Shown: positions 24,341 through 38,041, counted from the first letter of the stretch. The stretch is 64,000 bases of DNA from Auanema rhodensis (GCA_964057225.1 OZ059895.1:16244001-16308000), one strand, 5' to 3'. Made by a program: numbers and translations. The notes: generated by a model not told the origin, from the letters alone.

Positions 24341-25412
24341 ATGCCGAAAAAATTCGCTAACGAAAACCCTAAGGTTACTGCCGCAAGGGATAGGAAAGAA
24401 ACGGCAAAAAAAGCAGAAACCGATAGGAAACAGAAGGTAGCCAATTTTACCTTGTGAGCTTGGCTGAAGTTAAACTTTGTAGGCTGCAGACGATGCTTAT
24501 TGGGAAGATAATGACAAACTAGCAAACAGAAAACTTCAACGAAAAGTAAGATTTGTGATATTTTTTTCGTTAAATACCCAAATTCCATAACTAGTTTTTG
24601 TCGAGATACCTACTTAACATAGATACGGCTAGTGAATCTTTGAATATCCAATCGATATATATGAATGCATTTATAATAAGAAACTGATCCTGAAAATTTG
24701 AATATTCTAAGCTTTAAACAAATTTTGCATCGTTTTTCATTAATATGAATTGAATTTTTTTATTATTTTCAAACTATCAGGATGACGAAGAGAAAAAAAA
24801 AGCAGATGCTATAAAAAGAAAAGAAGAGAACAGACGATTGGCTGATGAAGAAGCTAAATCTATTGTCGGGAAATCAACAGTTCAATCCACCAAAGTTACA
24901 AGGTATTAGATGTAATCATTTCGATTTGCTCAAAATATTTTTAAGAGCCGACATAGAGAAAAATCGTCAAGCAGCTCTTTTAGCTAAACTACAAGAGGAA
25001 AGACAAAAAAAAGAAGAAGCATCTAAGATTCAGGTAAATAACTAACCTTTTTGAATATGTATGGGTAAATTCTAGGTAGCGGATGCGAAATTAGAAGAGA
25101 ACTTGAATGCCATGTCATTAGAATTCAAATCTGCTAGAAATGTTGATGAAGCTTTAGAAGTGTTGGGATCACCTGATGATGGTGATCAACATCCAGAAAA
25201 ACGAATGAAAGCAGCATATTTGGTAAATTTATTTTACTAAAATACGATAAATGATAATCATTGTTTAGGCTTTTGAGGAAGTTCGTTTACCAGAATTAAA
25301 GAAGGAACATCCAACTTTCCGCCTTTCACAATTGAAGCAATTGCTTAAGAAGGAGTGGCAAAAGTCTCCTGAAAACCCTTTAAATGCTCGTTTGCTAGCT
25401 ATGTCTAAATAA
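24341..25412 (+). CDS. CCDC124: CCDC124/Lso2/Oxs1 family coiled-coil protein
   Basis: MPKKF...NPKVTAARDRK, DAYWED, EENLN, ARNVDEAL, HPEKRMKAAY, RLSQLKQLLKKEWQKSPENP. Confidence 0.93.
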
Positions 25413-25613
25413 GGAATTTCTTCTCCAAAGCTAATTGATTACGGTTCTTGCGGTTATAGTCTCTACCTGTTTTTTTTCTGAATATGTTGTCCTCTTCATA
25501 AACTTTTTTTTACATTTTTCCAGGGAGAAAAATAGGTTTTTACCATAGTTAATTTTACCTTTATTCTTGACTTTGTTTTTGATTTTTGAATTTTTAACTT
25601 CCTTTATTCAGCT

Positions 25614-26915
25614 ATGGTTTACGTGTTTTGCCTAGACAAACGTTTTGAATATGGTCTTGATGTGGTACAAACTATGAATGCTCGTGAACTTGTGAAGCTT
25701 GTATCACCACCTGAGTTTCTCAAGCAAGCAGGTAAATAGTGCAATTTCAGATCATTATAATTTGTTTATTGAAGAACTGACTTATAAAGGAACGTGTGTA
25801 TGTCCAATTATGAAATTGAAAGATTTACCATTTAAAGACTCATCTTGTTTTAGAGTAATTATCAAAGATAAATCATCTGAGGTTTGAGTTTTGATTTTTT
25901 GAAAAGGGAAGTCTATTTCTTTCTTATAGCCTTCTACTGAAATCCCACCATCAGAAAGGCAAGAAGTGAATAGGCTTCTGCAGTTTTTAATAAGCGGATT
26001 CCCTCGTATTACGGTTTGTAAACCCGCAGTTATTGATTTGCAGAACAAATGTCTAATTATAGGTTGAAGCTGCCTTCCAAAAAGTTATAATGGAAGATAA
26101 TTTTTTCTTTGAAGTTGCAAAAGATCATCCGTTTATCAAACGGAGACCCGATCTTGCCGCACTCTTCGCTGATCCTGAATTCTTCCGCTTAGTTCTTCAT
26201 AAAAGTCTTGGTGTGAGTTTTAATAGTATGTTTTGCAGCTTATAATACTTGTATTTTTAAGTCTTTTGAAGAGAATTATGCAACATTTAGTTTATTACGA
26301 TCACTTATAATCAAAGTTACTACTGAATTGGTTTGTTTATTTGCATTGCAGCTTATCGTCATTTTTCTTTTTAGGAAAATGATAGTACGGCAAATCCGCT
26401 TCCTGGAGGACCTATAGATCTTAGAGCTATGAATGCTTCAGCTGATCAACAAGAAGAAGGTAATGCTCGACCTCGTCGAGGTCCTGACGTAATTACACGT
26501 GAAATGCTTTCCCAGGTAGGGATGTTGATAGAAACTGTAAACCTCTTATTTGTAAAGGCTATAAACTTTGCAATGGACAGCATAAATGGTGATGATTACT
26601 ATCAAGGACCGGAAGCTGCTACAGCTGCTGCGGCCGCTTTTAACTTACCGCCGCCTGTTCCAACTAGGCAACCTCTTCCACGTTCTGGACTTCCTCAATC
26701 TCAACCAATCATCCCATCAGTACCACCTTAGTTTCGTCTAACACAATAATACCATCTAATACTTACATTTAAGTGAATTATATGCTGCACAATTAGCTCG
26801 AATGGCTGAATTTGGTTTCAATGACGTGGAAGAGAACATTCAAGCACTATTAGTTAGTGAAGGAAACCTTGATCTTGCTCTGGAAGTTCTCATCACTATG
26901 AGGGAAGAGGAATGA
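25614..26915 (+). CDS. UBL-UBA protein, UBL7-like
   Basis: Divergent N-terminal ubiquitin-like region, an ITREMLSQA block, a Pro-rich linker and a C-terminal UBA domain (YAAQLARMAEFGFNDVEENIQALLVSEGNLDLALEVL). Confidence 0.72.
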
Positions 26916-27077
26916 AAACTCAAAAAAATTTTCTGTTCATTAAAATGAACTTTTTTCATTGATATCTATGTTTATGTGAATACAACTCAAATTTGTTAAC
27001 AATATTTATTTCATAAACGTCTTTAATACTTTTCCCGTTGGCGACAATTTCTAGCCAGCCTGACGCGTTTTGATATT

Positions 27078-29432
27078 TTACTTTGGAATGTTATCCAAAT
27101 TTGCTTCTGTCTTCCAATGATAGTAGGGAGCTCCAGGAGAAAAACATGTGTTGTCTCGAAGAACCTATACAAAGTTAATCAAGTTGAACAAGCTTGAAGG
27201 AAATAGTTTTAGCTTACTTGTCCTTGCTCAGCCCAGTACATGATGTAGAAGTTGCACATCTCATCTTCTCCTGTTGCACCCATAGTAATAACTCGATCTT
27301 CATCATTTTTCAATATGCACCTAATATTTGAAAATGAAAAAGTATGAATGAAGGTTGTGTCAAACCTTGAAGCAAGCATATCACCGCGAGTGATTGTGAG
27401 GGATTCGTTCTTAACCGGTACAAACATCTGAGGAAGTTGAGGATCGCGACGTCCAATCATGAACCACTCATTTTCATCATTCAAGTTCTGCAGAGAAGCA
27501 GGAAAAGTATCATTAAGCTCCTTATTGCAATGAACATACCTCACGAACAACCCATCCACCAACATCAGTACCATGTCTGTGAGTGTGTGTACGATAAGCG
27601 AATGGATGAAGAACGACATTTTCTTCAATGACGCAGGCAGTCTCGAAGCTTTCTAGAATTCAATTCATATAGTTTCACATCTTCTGCATAATAGAAGTCT
27701 ATTACCAACGGATCGAGGTGCAATTGCTCCTCCGGTAACTAAGAGCATGGTAGCTGCTGATTTAGGTTGTGGCTGTTCAGTATGAGTCAAACTAACTCCA
27801 GAAAAATCAGGTTCTTGACTGGCATGCATGTAATGAACCTAAAATTGATAATTCAGATGTCTGTGAATAAGTTTTCTCAAAAGGTAAATCAGCATATTCG
27901 AGATGATTTTAAGATTTACCTGCATTACAAGGTAGTTAATTCCTGATTCTCCTCCAACATGGAAGGCAACATCTGAAAGATATTTGAGTAAGCATGGGAA
28001 TGTTTATATATAGTAATAACCTTTAGGAAGAGTAAGTTCTGGTGCATCTTTAGCCCAAGCATAAAGAATGGATGGCTTGCTACGGCAGGTTGGTGCTCGG
28101 CTCAAGTATCCACGGTTATTTGACATTTCACCACAATCCCTGATAATTTGATCAGCTTAACATTATACATAAAAACTGAAATAAATTACCAGATTGGCTC
28201 ATCGCTTCCTGGTTCTTCACATCCGAAAAGGAGGATGTGATGTGCATTATGCTTCTCTGTTAGTGCTTTGAAACCAGCTGAAAATAACAAGTCAATGTAT
28301 CAGAATATTAAGTTGAAAAATTTATTTTTTCTCAAACACGAAAGAGTATCAGAATGTTTTGCAGCATGTGAGTTTAATGACTGGTTCATGTTATTTTGTA
28401 TCTGATACATGAAATATAATAAATAGCTGCATAATAACTTTCAAATTTTTTTTGAAAAACGCGCCAAAAAAATTGCACGTGAAGCTTTCACGTGAAATTA
28501 TGTGCTCATGGCTCATTTCTATGAGTAATTCTCGCACATCTGGTTGCTTTCTTAATTGATTTTCAAAATAAGTCAGTAATATATCTCGTTTCAAGCTTCA
28601 CGATCAAAAGTTTGACTGCTTCCATCTAAGGATTATATTATGGAAACTTGAGAAACTTAAATCCAATTAAATCTTACTATATTTAGCCTGAGGTTATTAT
28701 AAAAGTTAAATAGTAATATTATAATATTTCAAATAAAGTTATAACAATTTCTTAAAACTTACTGATAAAATGATCATAATCATCAATTACACGTGAAGTA
28801 CAAACATAAGAGTCAGTCTAAAATATATATTTAATTATATAAACATGTAAATAGAAAATATATATAATACATAAGCATCTTTATAACTTAACAACTTATT
28901 TTTCTATGAAATAAACAGAAATCGAAGTTGTATCTGAGTTAATAAGTATATGTTTTTATCATTTGTATTTACTTATATTGCCAATACATATACATACAAC
29001 AAATATTCCAAACAGCAACAAACTTTTTGCATCAGCAAATACTGATATGAAACACAAATCGCAACACATACATGGCTCATGGCATTTTTTTTGGAGAAAA
29101 AAAGTAACAATTTGATGTGTTTTAGAGATAAAAGGTTTCAGTTTTCATCTCATTTCACAAAGTTCAACCGAATCAATTCAAAACAAGATATGAGAACAAC
29201 AAATTAAACTCGCCGCTCCCATGAAGTAACACGGTATTAGATCAGTTTTAATTATAAACATGAATTTGTCATCATTAAGCAGCTATGAGAAGCTTGACAG
29301 ACATGTACTACGATAGCAACATGATAATGAACTTACATCTGGCACAACACCATTCATACGAACTGTTGTCTCTTCAGCCTGAGCAACCAGAGCGACAACG
29401 GTAGCTGCTAAGCATGATAGCAGTCCACGCAT
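27078..29432 (-). CDS. pghm-1: Monofunctional peptidylglycine alpha-hydroxylating monooxygenase (PHM)
   Basis: Signal peptide and copper ligands in AHHILLFGC, MQVHY, YRTHTH and EMCNFYIMY, plus ILYAWAKDAP and RDPQLPQMF. No PAL domain before the stop. Confidence 0.93.
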
Positions 29433-32400
29433 CGTTTTTTTACTGACTGAAAGTAGAAGTCTGAGTGATGAACGATAAAAGCTGTAGTTGAAACGAGGAG
29501 CACTCAGGAAAAGGGCGGAGCATCGAAAGAATCAATATGAGGCCGCGAGCGACGAGGAAAAGCTATGGCACCCCCTCCCCTAGAAGGCAAAACGACGTAA
29601 ACGACATCGATGACGACAGACAGCTAGACATCATACTATTGCAATTAGAAACAAAAGAGAAGTAGAGAAAACTAATGAGAGAAAGAGAGAGAGAGAGAGA
29701 GTAGAAGAAAGAGAGTGTTGAACTGAGATCGGTGCTGAAACATACAGAGCTGTTGCCGGCAGCTCATCGAAGCCAAGGTTCAATAATGTCTAATAGAATG
29801 TAGACCTTTTTTTTTGAAAATACCAATCAAAGCAATGCTTGATGTCAGAGTAATAAAGCGAAATCCATCCAAGAATAAACAGTTGAAGAGATTCTAATTT
29901 GCTTTTCTTGTTTTTTTTTCTCAGGATTTTCTCAGATAAATTGGCAAATAATTCCTCTATCTCATATAAAATATTCAAAATCTCAGTGGTTAACTTGTAT
30001 TGAAGCTTAATGAAATATGCAGCTGGTTATTCTTATATATTTTCTGTTCCAACTAGGTCTGTGTTTCATGTGACAAACACAACACATTCACACAATTTGT
30101 TAAGAGAGAGAGAGAGAGAGAGATAGAGAGAGAGAGGGAGAGAGGGAAACTTGAACTTTTTCAAAAAAGACATTCATTGAATAGAAATTTCACACCAAAC
30201 GAGCTTTAAAGAAAAAAAAGTTTTGGAGCTCTGAGCAATGCAGATGACTCTTGGAACAAAGATTATCACAAAGAATATGAATTGCGTGTACCATGAATCT
30301 GGCGCATCTCATTGGTTTTTCATTAGCCAAATGGAATTCATTTTATAAAATAGTTTTTTTTCTTTTTTCTCTTCAATATGTGAAATAATTCACAAGATGT
30401 GTTTGTGGAATAATGAAATATTGGATTGAATTGCAGAATTTTATTATTTCTCGAAGATATTGCGTCAATTGCAACTGAGATTTTGGGTGTGTGTGTGTGT
30501 GTGTCACGAAAGAGAATTCGTCTATATGAAATAGGTGTAAACTTTTTCATTTTTTTTAGAAGAAAAAGCACATAGTTAATATAGTTTTATGATAAAAACT
30601 ATGCGTATATATATATCGGTAAAAATATATAATTGACATATATGTTGTGAAGAATGAGATTAGCATGGCTTAAAAGCAGTTTTTTGTGTTTTTTTTTCAA
30701 ATTTCAGTTCCCAGCTAATCCACAACTCAACATGTTGTGTAGTGTGAAAACGAAGCAACTGCATAAACGGAAATACATATAACAAGAATATATTGTAGTA
30801 GTCAGGTTGTAAACATCTAATGAAGCTGTTTGCAAACATGAAAACAATGCTTGAAGGACATGACATAGGTAATGCTTCATCTAGCAATGTGTCAAGATAC
30901 ATACACGGAAGCCTTCAAATGTTACACCTTTTTTATGCTTTTCGTATAAAGAAGCCTTTGCTCTTGAAGTTGTGGGTCAAAGTTTCAACATTCAGCAGAA
31001 AATATATGTGATCATTCAACTACAATATGAAGTTATTTGTTCAATTTTCTTCCTTCTTATTATACACATTCTTCATGTTCAACAAGTCCATTTTAATGAA
31101 ATAACCAAGTTTTTGAGCAAAATTCATGGTTCAGTTTCAGTTTGATCATTGTTCGGCTGTCATATCTTCATGTGCAGCTTCTATTAAAATATAATTGTAT
31201 GTTCTTTGAACTCTTTTGGATAGATCCAAATCGTTTTACAATTAATTTTCTTTATTATTCATTTTAATCATTAAGTTCTTTTTTTAATTTTGATTATACA
31301 AACATAAGAGAAAGAAAAAAAAGAATTTGTTATAATTACTAAATCGATTTGGCTTTTCCTTCATTATTCCCTGATGTACGGTAATGACATGATATGAATC
31401 AGATTGTTTCAGATATTGCTTGTAAACTTTTCGAGAAATGACTTTATTACCTTTTTGGTAAAAACGAAAATTAAAAAAGCATATAAATAGTCTTAAAAAG
31501 AATAAAAAAAGCTTTTATTCAAAGATTTCAAATGAATTCAATATTCTTATTTGAGATTTAAAAAAAAGGAAATATTTCTTATATTTACTTTTCTTTTCAT
31601 ATAATAAATAATATTCAAATATTAATGTTTATGTTTCATTATATAAAAGTTCATTTAAAGTTTGTTTTACTATATCATATACTTTAGCTTTTTTCATTGT
31701 TGTTAATTTACATATTCAAACTACTTTCATGCTTATGTCGTCGTCGTCGTCGTCGTCGTCGTGGTCGTCATCAACAACAATCATTCATTCACGTAAATTT
31801 CACGTAAAATCTCATATTCATTTCTAACAATAATGCAGTGATGATCGGTTGTTTATAGTTTATATTTTGTTTTAATGATTATTTATAATTTGAATATTTA
31901 ATTATAATTAACAATACAAAGCACATTACCATATATCATCGTACTTTGCTATACTATGAATTTTATATATTTTTTTTAAATGTCAAACATTTTTTTAGTT
32001 AATTATATTATTTTTTGTATTATTTTCTTTGTTGAAATTAAAATAATTATCAAAATATATTATATTGTTATAGTTTGTAGAAATGTATTGTCATAAACAC
32101 ACACACACACACACATACACTTATCTATACTATACTATACTTATATAGTATATAGATTATAATATATTAATAAATCGTTTTGATATTACTATATGTCTGT
32201 TATACTTCTTGAAAACTGAACTATATGATGTCAAACCTACTAATATTATTATAATTAATTGATATGATATAGTTAAGTTTAACTATTTGATGTAAAAGAT
32301 GCTAACATTTGCAGCAGCAGCAACAGCCAAGTTCATATATATATACTATACACATATAATACATACAACACTATCTACTTCATATTCTCAAACCGATATA

Positions 32401-32725
32401 CATGTATAGATATGTTCGTGTATAGGTATTGTTTTCTGTTTTTTTTTCTCTCTCTTCTTCTTTTTGAATTAAATTAAATTTTTTGAACTGTTTCAAAGAA
32501 AAGTTGCAATTAATCTACGGTTTATCTGAAAATTGGCTGTAATTGTTTAGAATTCCCATGGGGAATTTTTGATATTGTTTGATATCTTCTACTAGATCAA
32601 CTAACTCAGCATAATGGCACTGTTATCATTTAGCTTTATGGTGCGTTGTTGACAAACTCTGTTTGTGAATTGGATACGTGCTGCGTTATTGGCTAGTCTC
32701 GACTCATCTTCAGCTTGAGCCAGAC

Positions 32726-34351
32726 ATGGAACGTCTGATTCGACATGGAAATATCATTAATGATCCATTATATAACTGCAGGTTAGTCTCAGTCAGTTGT
32801 TTTGTCTGATTTTAGTCTCGCTTTCTCTCTCAATCTCCCTCTCACTCTATATAATTCTATATTTAACAGTGCTCGCACACCAGAAATGATTAACAAATGG
32901 TATACAGAGCCAGCTCCAGTACATGGTATTATCTGTTTTACAATGGGTATTATCAATCAAGTAAGTTGAATATATACATAAAGTATACCGTATTCTCAAC
33001 GTCTAATTCACAGATACTTTATCTTCTTTGTGTAAAAGTGATGTTAGAGCCGACTAACATCGTATATACAGCATATAAGATCATGGTTGTTATAGCTATA
33101 TGTGATATGATTGGTGTAGTTTGTAATTGCTGGGTATTTGGTATTGATTTGATGTTGAATAAGCTTAATAAGTTGGAAAAAATGTTTTAAGGCGTTATGT
33201 TCTATTATGGTGTATCCTTCTGTGATGCTCCTAATATTATCTATACAACTGGATCTATTGGTACAGGTAAGCTAACATCTTCTAGCTTTACCATCATTTC
33301 TCTGTATTTCACAACAGCTTCATGATGAAACTTATAAACATATTAGTTATTCAATTCATGTTACAGGTGCTTGGACAACAGGCTCTCTCTCAAATTCACT
33401 TCTAATAATTAATCGTTTGGTGGAACTTCGATCATCTCAGTATTTTCTTTATTGTTTTTTTGCTCAAATTTTCAAGGAAAAACTATTTCAGAAATAAAGT
33501 TTTAATGAATATATTCAATGGAAAATATACATTTGTACCTATAACACTCACAATTATAGCTGGTATATATTACTTAATTCATGAGCCATCCTTGATACTT
33601 AATCCAAAGAGTGGTCTAGCTTATTGGGATCCGCAAATCTTTAAAAATGCTTCATCTTTGGTAAACTTCATGCATTGAGCTTGATATGTGCTAATCAGCC
33701 TGATGTTCAGTATGCTGGTCCAGTGATCGTCTTCGTTGATACGATAGTTGTATCATTTAATTTGATATTAAGCGTCATTCTCTGTTTTAACATTTCGAAG
33801 CATTTGAGCGAAAACTTTGGCTCAATCATAGACCAACGTCGTCAGAGCGCTGTATGATTCAGATGATACCGTCATGCAATTGCATCATCAATATCATTTT
33901 TTCAGCTTTTCTTCCAATGCTTAGCTTTAGTTTCTCTATGTAATGTAGGATCAATGCTCTATCTTTCAACGTTTTTCTTCGAATGTCCGCCGCTTTACAA
34001 GAAAATTGCGGGATTTCTTTATCAGCTGTATACAAGTAAATTATTATTTTTAAATATATTTCTATTAAATATATTAATTTATAAGAAATACAAAGTCTAA
34101 TTTTCAACTATTTATAGGTATACCGCCATACATATTTCTATTTCTAAATCGTACTATCAGAAATGGAATTTTAAAACTATTCATGAAATATAAATCAGAA
34201 ATAAATTTCTCAACAAGTATATTATTAATAATTTAGTTAGATGTAGTTAGTTATATATTTAGGTTTTAAATCTTCAACGTTATCTAAAGAAAATCCTATT
34301 TCTTCGATTTTCTCGTCGTCGATTATATCTAATCGAATTGGTACGACTTAA
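32726..34351 (+). CDS. Serpentine 7TM chemoreceptor, Srt class
   Basis: PLYNCS N-terminus, YKIM, FCDAP, INR, WDP, FFQC and PPYIFLFLNRTIR across spliced exons. The frame is intact. Confidence 0.85.
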
Positions 34352-36367
34352 ATTCAAATAAAGCTAATTTATTATATAATTAATAACAAAACTAAGCTAT
34401 TATAAATTCGATTAAAAGGTTATTAAACTATCTCTTAATCATATGTATATAAGTTAATTTTAAATTTACCGCCAAATTCACGTGAATATACCGCTCACGT
34501 GTAAGCCATTTTCAAAAATTGACAGAAATGAAAAGCAGTTGCTTATGTGTATGATAATGTATTAACATATAAATTTGTTTGTAATAATTCTTTAAACACA
34601 TAGTTAGTAAGATGAATATGATTATGTATGTATAGGATCTCGGATATCACATATCCGACAGATTTCTATTCAAATCTTCAAGTTTCTACAATAACAACCA
34701 CTTCTACACTTAGAGATTACATCATAAACGATAGTTTTCAAATAATTCATATTGTATGCATGATATTCGTACGGTTTTCTGCTTGTTACGTTTCATCAGA
34801 TTCTGTTTCAATGCTCCTGATTTTCGGCCGATCTTTGCGATCAACCAAAGCTGTTGTGCTGCTCTATTATCGCCCATTAGCGATGCAATGATGCCATGAT
34901 AATAATAATTCTTTTTTTTGTGGATTTAACTCTTATTTTGAATTTTTTATGCTCTTGTCTGTCTGGTAAATTATAAATATTATAATAAATCCTTCTTATA
35001 TCTATTTATTCACATAACTACATCAAAAGCCTTCAGGAGATTTATGAACAACAAGATAATTATTGTCAAGCTTCTAAGAAATTTAAGTTTTTGCTCAATG
35101 CAGGGAAGAGGGAAGTAACTATATACAACTATATCATATGCAAGTATCTGACGTACGTCTCTAACTTGAAACTTTGCTCAGCGTTCTTTCAGAAATTCAA
35201 TTAGCATCGCCATGATGCAAAATCTCACTCTTCTTTCATCTCATTAACTTTGGTGCTTGATCAGAATTTTATAAAAATGATCTTAAGAAATACAGTTACT
35301 ATAGTATTCTTACATTAGACATGCCCATAAACGAAGTTTCTAATTTCCTTCTTTCAACCTGAAACTTGACAAACATGAAAGAACAGTTAATTTTTTTGTT
35401 AAATTAAATTATAAAGTACAGTTTAATGATATTTTCAGTAATTACAAAGTATAATACGATATTAGAATTTTGAAAATCAGATTCTTAGTTCTTTAGAGAA
35501 ACAAAAAAAAGCAAAACATTCGATCAGAGTAGTATAGAAAAGGCTGACGCTGGCGCACCTTTTCTGCCCAAATGCCATTTTGCAGATTTTCAACTATTTA
35601 AAGACATTTTTGAAGTTAAAACATGTCTTAATTATCTCAAAATGTGTCATTTCTAAAAAAATTGCTTTCAAATTTAATAAATGGTGAATAAAAATAATGC
35701 TCAATAAGTGCATTTTAATAAAAATCTAAAGCTCCTTACAAACTGCGAACTCTTAGAAATAGTAGAAGTACTGGGAATCAAACAAGTCTTCACAATAAAT
35801 AACTGATGCACACAGATAGTCTCAGGTATAGTCCCGTATAGCAACGGTTCAGTTGGCGTCAGTCAGAGAACGATACTCGGATTAACTTTATCACTTCGGA
35901 CCAAGGCTCAAAGCTCAAAATAGCTAAAACCTTAGATAGCAAAGAACCGGTGAAACAGAAGTGATATGTAAATTGACTACAAACCATAACTAATCAAACG
36001 TTTGCAGACGAAAAAAGAATAGGTTATACTAACATAAGAGAAGAGTTGCAAACTAGCTAATTAGTATTGCGAACTATCATATTAAAACTGAATTCAAGGT
36101 TAAGAGTGAGATTGAAAATATTTATTATTTACCGCTAAAACATGCAATCAAACGGAGAGCGGCTGGTGGCTAAAGATTTCAATGTGACCGAGAATGACTA
36201 AAAGAAATGACATTTATATAAGACTCTATACTAAATTTATACTCACCTTGAACTGAGATCCCTTTAACTCAATGTAACATGCATATCAACACTAACTAGA
36301 ATTATTAAAAAAAAAAATTTCCAAAACGAAATTACATAATTATATTTCATAAAACAATAATACACTC

Positions 36368-36898
36368 CTAATACTTTGTAGCATACCCGTTTGCTTCAAT
36401 CACAGCCCGACAGCGTTGAGGCATTGACTCCAGCAAAGCATCGATTCGATGCTGTGGGATACTTCTCCATGCTTCTCTCAATTGGGAGAATTTTTCTTCT
36501 TCATTTCTTGCATGTCTTCCTGTTAAACATCTGCCGAGCTCTTCCCAAAGATGTTCTATGGGGTTCAAGTCAGGACTTTGACTTGGCCAGTCCATTCGCT
36601 GAAGGTTCTTGTCTTCGAACCACTTTTTCACGTCATGGGAGCGATGCTTCGGATCATTGTCGTCTTGATAAATGAAATGTTGTCCGATGTTTTCTTCAGC
36701 ATACGGCAACATTAAGTCCTCCAGAATCTTTAAATAGTCAAATCTTGTCATGATTCCTTTTATGTGCACCAGAGGACCGACTCCATTTGCGGAGAAACAA
36801 CCCCAGACAAAACAGGACAAACAGCAATCGGTTTTGGTAACGATCCAAGAAAGTTATATCAATTTACAGAAAAGGCTGTATCTTTTTGTCCGCTACTG
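36368..36898 (-). mobile_element. Internally deleted Tc1-family (DD34E) transposon: one TIR joined to the transposase C-terminus
   Basis: The minus strand starts TA-CAGTAGCGGACAAAAAGATA, resembling the Tc1 end CAGTGCTGGCCAAAAAGATA; TA target at 36899-36900. ORF 36368-36820 has VWGCF, YQDDNDPKH, WPSQSPDLNPIEHLW and GYATKY. The second TIR was not found. Confidence 0.88.
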
Positions 36899-36900
36899 TA

Positions 36901-36946
36901 TGTACTACTAGTACTACTACTACTACTAGTACTACTACTACTATTA
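36901..36946. repeat. (TAC)n/(TAG)n-type repeat at the Tc1 insertion point
   Basis: Directly visible: tactactagtactactactactactagtactactactacta. Confidence 0.9.
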
Positions 36947-36947
36947 C

Positions 36948-37335
36948 CTCCACTGAATCCAGGAAGTTCGCCGGAGCCGCCATAGAAAAATCCCTGACTA
37001 CCAGTAGAGTTCGAAGAAATGTTGCCAACGAGAATTGATGGCTTTTTTTCACCGAAAGAGAATCCCTGAAAATAAAGTTTTTTAATATAAATGGTGATTT
37101 ATAAAAGTATTTTACAATGTTTGCCCTATTAATTATTCTTATAATTAATCTACATAAATAGTCATGTTTATTTACTCACCACGACAACATATTCATCGAG
37201 AAGCGATGGATAGACCATTACCGGAACGCTGGCGAACATCCCATCAACCTTCTTGAAAACGATGTAGTCCGAACTTTTGTTCATTCCATGGATATGAACG
37301 TTGTGGTGCTATCCCTGCTCATCGCAAAGAACCAT
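36948..37335 (-). pseudogene. Trypsin/chymotrypsin-fold serine protease fragment (wosp-like), 2 exons, in-frame stop
   Basis: Exons ~37335-37180 and 37065-36948 splice in frame (GTGAGT...TTTTCAG) to give MVLCDEQG*HHNVHIHGMNKSSDYIVFKK...YVVVGFSFGEKKPSILVGNISSNSTGSQGFFYGGSGELPGFSGG. This has the catalytic-Asp-like DYIVF block and a G-x-S-G-G nucleophile motif. Confidence 0.6.
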
Positions 37336-37450
37336 CGGTAGATAATTTATTATTTGGAGGAAAATCAAAATAAAATGTTTTTTCATTAATTCTGTACAAA
37401 TTGAGAAATAATGTTGTCATTTAAATAAAATAATTATTTTCTAAAGAAGA

Positions 37451-38030
37451 ATGACTTCTGAATTTAATGATTATAGTGTCAAAAATTATTATCCTGAAAG
37501 AAATAATAATCCTTTATTTCCTCAATCAATAAGAGGTTGTATTATTGGAAAATCAGGATGTGAAAAGACTAATTTACTTATGAATTTACTCCTTGATTCA
37601 CCTAATGGTAAAGGAGAAGAATACCTTGATTATAATAATTTTTATATCTTTAGTACAACCTTATTTCAACCTTGTTATCACGCATTAATTAATGGTTTCG
37701 AAAATGGATTAAGTAAAAAATAAATTAGGAGGTGTTTTGAAAAGCAAAACTTCATAATTGAGGAAAAGGAAAATCCCCAAAGAATTATTGATGTTATGTG
37801 TAGTTCCTATTTAGAAAATATTCCAGATCCTTCAACACTTGATCCCAATAAGAAGACTCTGATAATTTGATGATCTTTTATTATTTCTCAAAATTATATC
37901 AAGTTACCAAAGAATACAATTAGAGAAAATGCTAACTTCTTCATAGTATTTCCACAAGATAAATTGAATTTAGATTACATTTATCGTGATCATTGTGGTG
38001 AAATAAAAAAGGAAAATTTTCTTGAATTTA
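37451..38030 (+). pseudogene. Maverick/Polinton-type DNA packaging ATPase (A32-like) remnant
   Basis: Intronless. PQSIRGCIIGKSGCEKTNLLMNLL (mutated Walker A), a stop at 37721-37723, IPDPSTLD..KKTLII(F)DD (frameshifted Walker B), then ISQNYIKLPKNTIRENANFFIVFPQD...IYRDH. Confidence 0.82.
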
Positions 38031-38041
38031 AGAAAAGTATT

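Noticed and set aside
34640-36300. Scattered minus-strand exon-like pieces with plausible splice sites, possibly a decayed gene or further Maverick cargo
   Set aside because: They could not be joined into a stop-free or recognisable protein, and neither the protease C-terminus nor the second Tc1 TIR was found.
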